This document shows, in pieces, positions 18,458-21,972 of a stretch of DNA of 21,972 nt (the stretch's first letter is position 1; each line of letters begins with the position of its first letter). This DNA comes from an uncultured cyanobacterium. Its GTDB lineage: Bacteria; Cyanobacteriota; Cyanobacteriia; Leptolyngbyales; Leptolyngbyaceae. The notes beneath the pieces are model-generated. The model did not search any database and had not been told where the DNA came from. It was given only the letters and a program-made list of their open reading frames with translations. The stretch covers positions 1 to 21,972 of the forward strand of contig CAVYAN010000099.1 in the NCBI GenBank assembly GCA_963766075.1, written 5' to 3'. The position numbers and the translations under genes are program-made.

Positions 18458-19192
18458 ATGTCACTGTCTGACGGTTCTCTCAAGTCTTCACTGGTGCGGC
18501 GTTTATCCCTCGCTTCCTTGATTGCGATCGCGCTGGTCAGTAGTGCAATCTATTTCACAGTTTCCTACGCCAAAACAAATTCAACCCCGGAACTCGCTAC
18601 GTCCTCGGCAGCCAGCTTACCGCCTGCGATCGTCGATCCACCCGTAACCGCCAAAGGGGAACAGACGCTGGTGCTAGCGGGTGGCTGCTTCTGGGGAGTG
18701 GAGGCCGTATTTGAGCATCTCAAAGGGGTGTCGCAGGTCGTTTCTGGATTTTCGGGGGGCAGTGCCGAAACCGCCCATTATCAAACCGTCAGTTTTGGGC
18801 ATACCGGCCATGCCGAGGCTGTACAAATCACCTATGATCCTGCCCAGATCTCCTACGGGCAACTGTTGAGAGTTTACTTTGCCGTGGCCCACGATCCAAC
18901 GCAGTTGAACCGTCAGGGGCCGGATGTTGGTTCGCAATACCGCTCCGCCATATTTTTTGCCAATGACCAGCAAAAGCAAGTGGCCCAAGCCTACATTGAT
19001 CAGCTCAATCAGGCCCACAGTTTTCGCCAGCCTATCGTGACAGAGCTTGCTCCCTTGGACAAATTCTATGCGGCTGAAGACTACCATCAAAATTTCATCA
19101 CCCGCAATCCCAATTACCCCTATGTCGTTGTCCATGATTTGCCCAAGTTGGCACAGCTCAAGAGTCAGTTTGAGAACTTATACAAAAATTGA
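18458..19192 (+). CDS. msrA: Exported peptide-methionine (S)-S-oxide reductase MsrA, single-Cys type
   Basis: [41 protein letters not shown], plus an N-terminal signal/TM segment. Confidence 0.96.
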   Translation: MSLSDGSLKSSLVRRLSLASLIAIALVSSAIYFTVSYAKTNSTPELATSSAASLPPAIVDPPVTAKGEQTLVLAGGCFWGVEAVFEHLKGVSQVVSGFSGGSAETAHYQTVSFGHTGHAEAVQITYDPAQISYGQLLRVYFAVAHDPTQLNRQGPDVGSQYRSAIFFANDQQKQVAQAYIDQLNQAHSFRQPIVTELAPLDKFYAAEDYHQNFITRNPNYPYVVVHDLPKLAQLKSQFENLYKN

Positions 19193-19298
19193 TTTCACCT
19201 GACGTAAGACCTCGCCTGATGTAAGACGGCCTATATTCCTATTGTGGACCTCCGACCAGCTCTGATTTACCCGTTGCTAAATTCCCGCTGAGTTTTCT

Positions 19299-19901
19299 AT
19301 GACATCATCTCCGGCTGCCAAACCAAAACCCAAGCTGCCCAGTCAAGCGCTACTGGCGAAGGTATTTCACTGGGTCAACATTATCAGTCTGATTTTGATG
19401 ATTGTGAGTGGGCTACAAATCTACAATGCCAATCCTGTATTTGGGGGCCGCGCGGGCTGGGATTTCCCAAGATTTGTGGTGCTGGGTGGGGGGTTGGCTG
19501 GGGGCCGTGATTGGCATTTTGCTGTCATGTGGATCTATTCTCTCAATTTGTTGGGGTATGGCCTTTTTGTATTCATCACACGCCGTTGGCAGCATCGCTT
19601 TGCCAATGGCGGTGACGTAAAAGCCGCCCGCGTCAGCCAGAATCCAAAGCGCAAGAATTATGCATGGCATCGGTTGGTCTATACAGGCATTATTCCAATT
19701 TTGCTGTTGGCGATCGCCAGTGGCTTAGCGATGTATAAACCAGCCCAACTTCATTGGCTCGCTAGCTTGTTTGGCGATTGGCAAACTCTACGCACCGTGC
19801 ACTTTATTACCGTACCCACCGTTCTGTTATTTACCTTTGTCCACTCACTCTTAGCCCTCAAAGTTGGCACCCTCCGCCTCGTTAAATCCATGTTTTTCTA
19901 G
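19299..19901 (+). CDS. Membrane cytochrome b (Ni-hydrogenase cyt b-like), probable partner of the molybdoenzyme
   Basis: Four TM helices with His in FHWVN, DWHFA, RTVHF and FVHSL, plus SGLQIYNA.P.F. Confidence 0.88.
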   Translation: MTSSPAAKPKPKLPSQALLAKVFHWVNIISLILMIVSGLQIYNANPVFGGRAGWDFPRFVVLGGGLAGGRDWHFAVMWIYSLNLLGYGLFVFITRRWQHRFANGGDVKAARVSQNPKRKNYAWHRLVYTGIIPILLLAIASGLAMYKPAQLHWLASLFGDWQTLRTVHFITVPTVLLFTFVHSLLALKVGTLRLVKSMFF

Positions 19902-19955
19902 CACTTCATCGCAGCAACAAAGGAACCCACCCCCCTCCCACCCCCTCCTGCCCCT

Positions 19956-20675
19956 ATGAACCTGCCCTTTCCCCCTCACCCTCTATCCCGTCGCCAACTT
20001 CTGCAATGGTCCGGCTTTTCTGGGGCCAGTTTGCTGTTAAGTGGTTGTGGGTCAGACCTCTTTGCTGACCAAGTGGGCCAAACCTTTGAGCCCCTAAACC
20101 AACGCATTGAAACCCTCATGCTGTCTCAAAAGCCCGTGCCGGAGTTTCCACTGCGGGCCATTGATGCCGATGAAAAACTGTTGATCAATACCTTTGATGT
20201 AACGCCAGACCTGGACCCAGTCAAGTTTCGCCTCACGGTGGATGGGGAGGTCAACAATACTCTGCACCTGAGTCTGACAGACTTGCGGACATTGCCGCTG
20301 ACTTCGGTGGTCATGCGACATGTGTGCGTGGAAGGTTGGGCGGCGATCGTCCACTGGGGTGGAGTGCGCTTGCAGGATTTGGTCAAGCTGGCACAGCCCA
20401 AACCCGATGCGCGTTACGTTTACTTCACTTCAGCGGATGGCTACTACGAAAGTTGGGATTTAGCCTCAGTCCTCCATCCTCAAACGCTGATGGTGTATCA
20501 ACGCAATGGCCAACCCCTATCCATAGACAATGGCGCACCACTGCGGTTAGCCTCACCCGTGAAGCTGGGCTATAAGCAAAGTAAATGGGTTACACAAATC
20601 ACGTTCCTCAGCCAATTAATGCCGAAGAAAGGTTACTGGGAAGATCAGGGCTATGAATGGTTTGGGGGACTATAG
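19956..20675 (+). CDS. Sulfite-oxidase-family molybdopterin oxidoreductase (MsrP/YedY-like), Tat lipoprotein
   Basis: SRRQLL Tat motif, lipobox LSGC, Mo-ligating H.CVEGW, NGAPLRL, LGYKQSKWV and GYWEDQGY.WF.G. Confidence 0.9.
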   Translation: MNLPFPPHPLSRRQLLQWSGFSGASLLLSGCGSDLFADQVGQTFEPLNQRIETLMLSQKPVPEFPLRAIDADEKLLINTFDVTPDLDPVKFRLTVDGEVNNTLHLSLTDLRTLPLTSVVMRHVCVEGWAAIVHWGGVRLQDLVKLAQPKPDARYVYFTSADGYYESWDLASVLHPQTLMVYQRNGQPLSIDNGAPLRLASPVKLGYKQSKWVTQITFLSQLMPKKGYWEDQGYEWFGGL

Positions 20676-20746
20676 CGCTGAATGGCATATAGCGCTGAAT
20701 GGCAAGGGGATCAGACCCAGGGCGATCAGACATAGAGGGCGTAATT

Positions 20747-21673
20747 TTAATAATGTGACTTGCCAGGGGTTAACCACAGTGCTAGGTTCCGGACATAGGC
20801 ATGAATATCAGCGATCGCCTGGGGATGGGTTTGCATTAAATTTCCCGGCAGTTCATCCACAAAGCTTGGACAGCCCGCCCGTGGATCCCAGTTGTAATCG
20901 CAAAAATGATGAAAGGTGGATTCGGCAACGGCCCGCCCGCAGTAATGGCCCCCATCATCCATTATCCGCTCAAAGGCGACGGCTAGGTTAAACTCTCGTC
21001 CGGTAATCTTACTAGTGCCAGTGGCAATGACCCGAGCATTAATCATTGACTCGGTTACGCCCACCGCCCCTTCGTGGGGATGGGCCGGAAAGAGTTCAAT
21101 ATAGCCTGTGGGCGAATTCGCGTTAATTAATAAGTCATGATCCGGTTGCGATCGCTCAATCTTTTGGTAATCCCCATTGGCACCGGAATGGTAATTCGGA
21201 TAAGAAATGTAGGTGGTGTAGGGATCATCAATGCAATGGCGCGTGACATCAGGATCGGGATTTTTGGAATGGAAGAAATGCGCCTCTCCTACACCAGCCA
21301 AGCTACAAAGCGACGAACCCAAATCCATGTGGTCACGGGTGGCCAGGATCCCCCCCCCGCGCTGCCGAAAGCGGGTAATTCCGGCACAGTCCTTGGGGCT
21401 AATGCCGTCGCCTATATCCACCGCAAACAGCCACAGTTGATCAAAATCAGATTGGTCCAGACACCCCAAAATGGCATCGTCGCCATCGGCATCGGGGGTG
21501 CGATCGCGGGCCACGACCTCAAACTGGGCATGACCTGCTGCATCTTGGCATTCCGCTAGATAGTCACGCAGCATGCTAAACCGGGCAATACTCCAATCAT
21601 CCGCTGTCGTGGGAATCGTGGTCTGTAACAAAATTCGGATGGGAGTCGGGGTGAGGGCGGGGACTTTAGACAT
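20747..21673 (-). CDS. Hypothetical protein (308 aa), His/Asp-rich, possibly GATase-like/ThuA-like alpha/beta fold
   Basis: Long ORF with protein-like composition and motifs FDQLWLFAVD, GGGILATRDH.DLG, HPHEGAV, AESTFHHF. The fold is a guess. Confidence 0.75.
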   Translation of the reverse strand: MSKVPALTPTPIRILLQTTIPTTADDWSIARFSMLRDYLAECQDAAGHAQFEVVARDRTPDADGDDAILGCLDQSDFDQLWLFAVDIGDGISPKDCAGITRFRQRGGGILATRDHMDLGSSLCSLAGVGEAHFFHSKNPDPDVTRHCIDDPYTTYISYPNYHSGANGDYQKIERSQPDHDLLINANSPTGYIELFPAHPHEGAVGVTESMINARVIATGTSKITGREFNLAVAFERIMDDGGHYCGRAVAESTFHHFCDYNWDPRAGCPSFVDELPGNLMQTHPQAIADIHAYVRNLALWLTPGKSHY

Positions 21674-21972
21674 GGGGATTTCTACTCAGAACGGTGCACG
21701 GCAGCGAACGACATCACGCAGATTTTTTGGGAAAAATGCTCGGAGAGTCGGGGGCAAAGGAGGTTCGGAAAGAGGGGAAAGCCAGCGCCAAGATTCAGGT
21801 GCTCAGCTAGGCCAGCGTAAATTCCGCTCCAAGCTTAGCCCGATTTTGGACCCTTTGCTGAAGCCAGCCTACCGGGGCGGCAGTATCCTTGTAATGATTT
21901 TAGTCACTCATTCCGGCAAGATCTGATACTATAGAAAACGCCAAGGGTGACTAGCGCAATGGTAGCGCATCG

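Noticed and set aside
21720..21810. Glycine-riboswitch-like words (GGAGAG…TCAGGT)
   Set aside because: The CCGAAG core and supporting stems are missing.
21573..21926. 117-aa plus-strand ORF
   Set aside because: Overlaps the start of the 308-aa gene antisense and has no recognisable features.

Overview
Cyanobacterial chromosomal segment, identified by dense HIP1 GCGATCGC octamers, psbA and cpcT. The left half holds an RhlE/CrhC-type DEAD-box helicase with a candidate structured leader, a STAS anti-anti-sigma factor, a CpcT/CpeT lyase, a small membrane protein, an NB-ARC-like/TPR protein, aspartate ammonia-lyase, a psbA (Glu130, D1:2-type) with three small insertions that look like collapsed-paralog assembly errors, a VOC protein and a broken HTH-NACHT gene. 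A ~1 kb non-coding region follows, with a 23-bp tandem array, an inverted copy and a possible structured RNA. The right half holds a lipoprotein serpin, divergent from an 8-gene co-directional cluster (15124-20675): secreted hypothetical, DUF4079-like membrane protein, lipoprotein with 13 DAMK Met-rich repeats, Tat-exported DipZ-type thioredoxin, CcdA, exported single-Cys MsrA, cytochrome b and a Tat/lipoprotein MsrP-like molybdoenzyme. This cluster is the most interesting feature. It reads as an extracytoplasmic recyclable methionine-sink system with two independent reduction routes. All product names come from motif recognition by eye; no database search was run.
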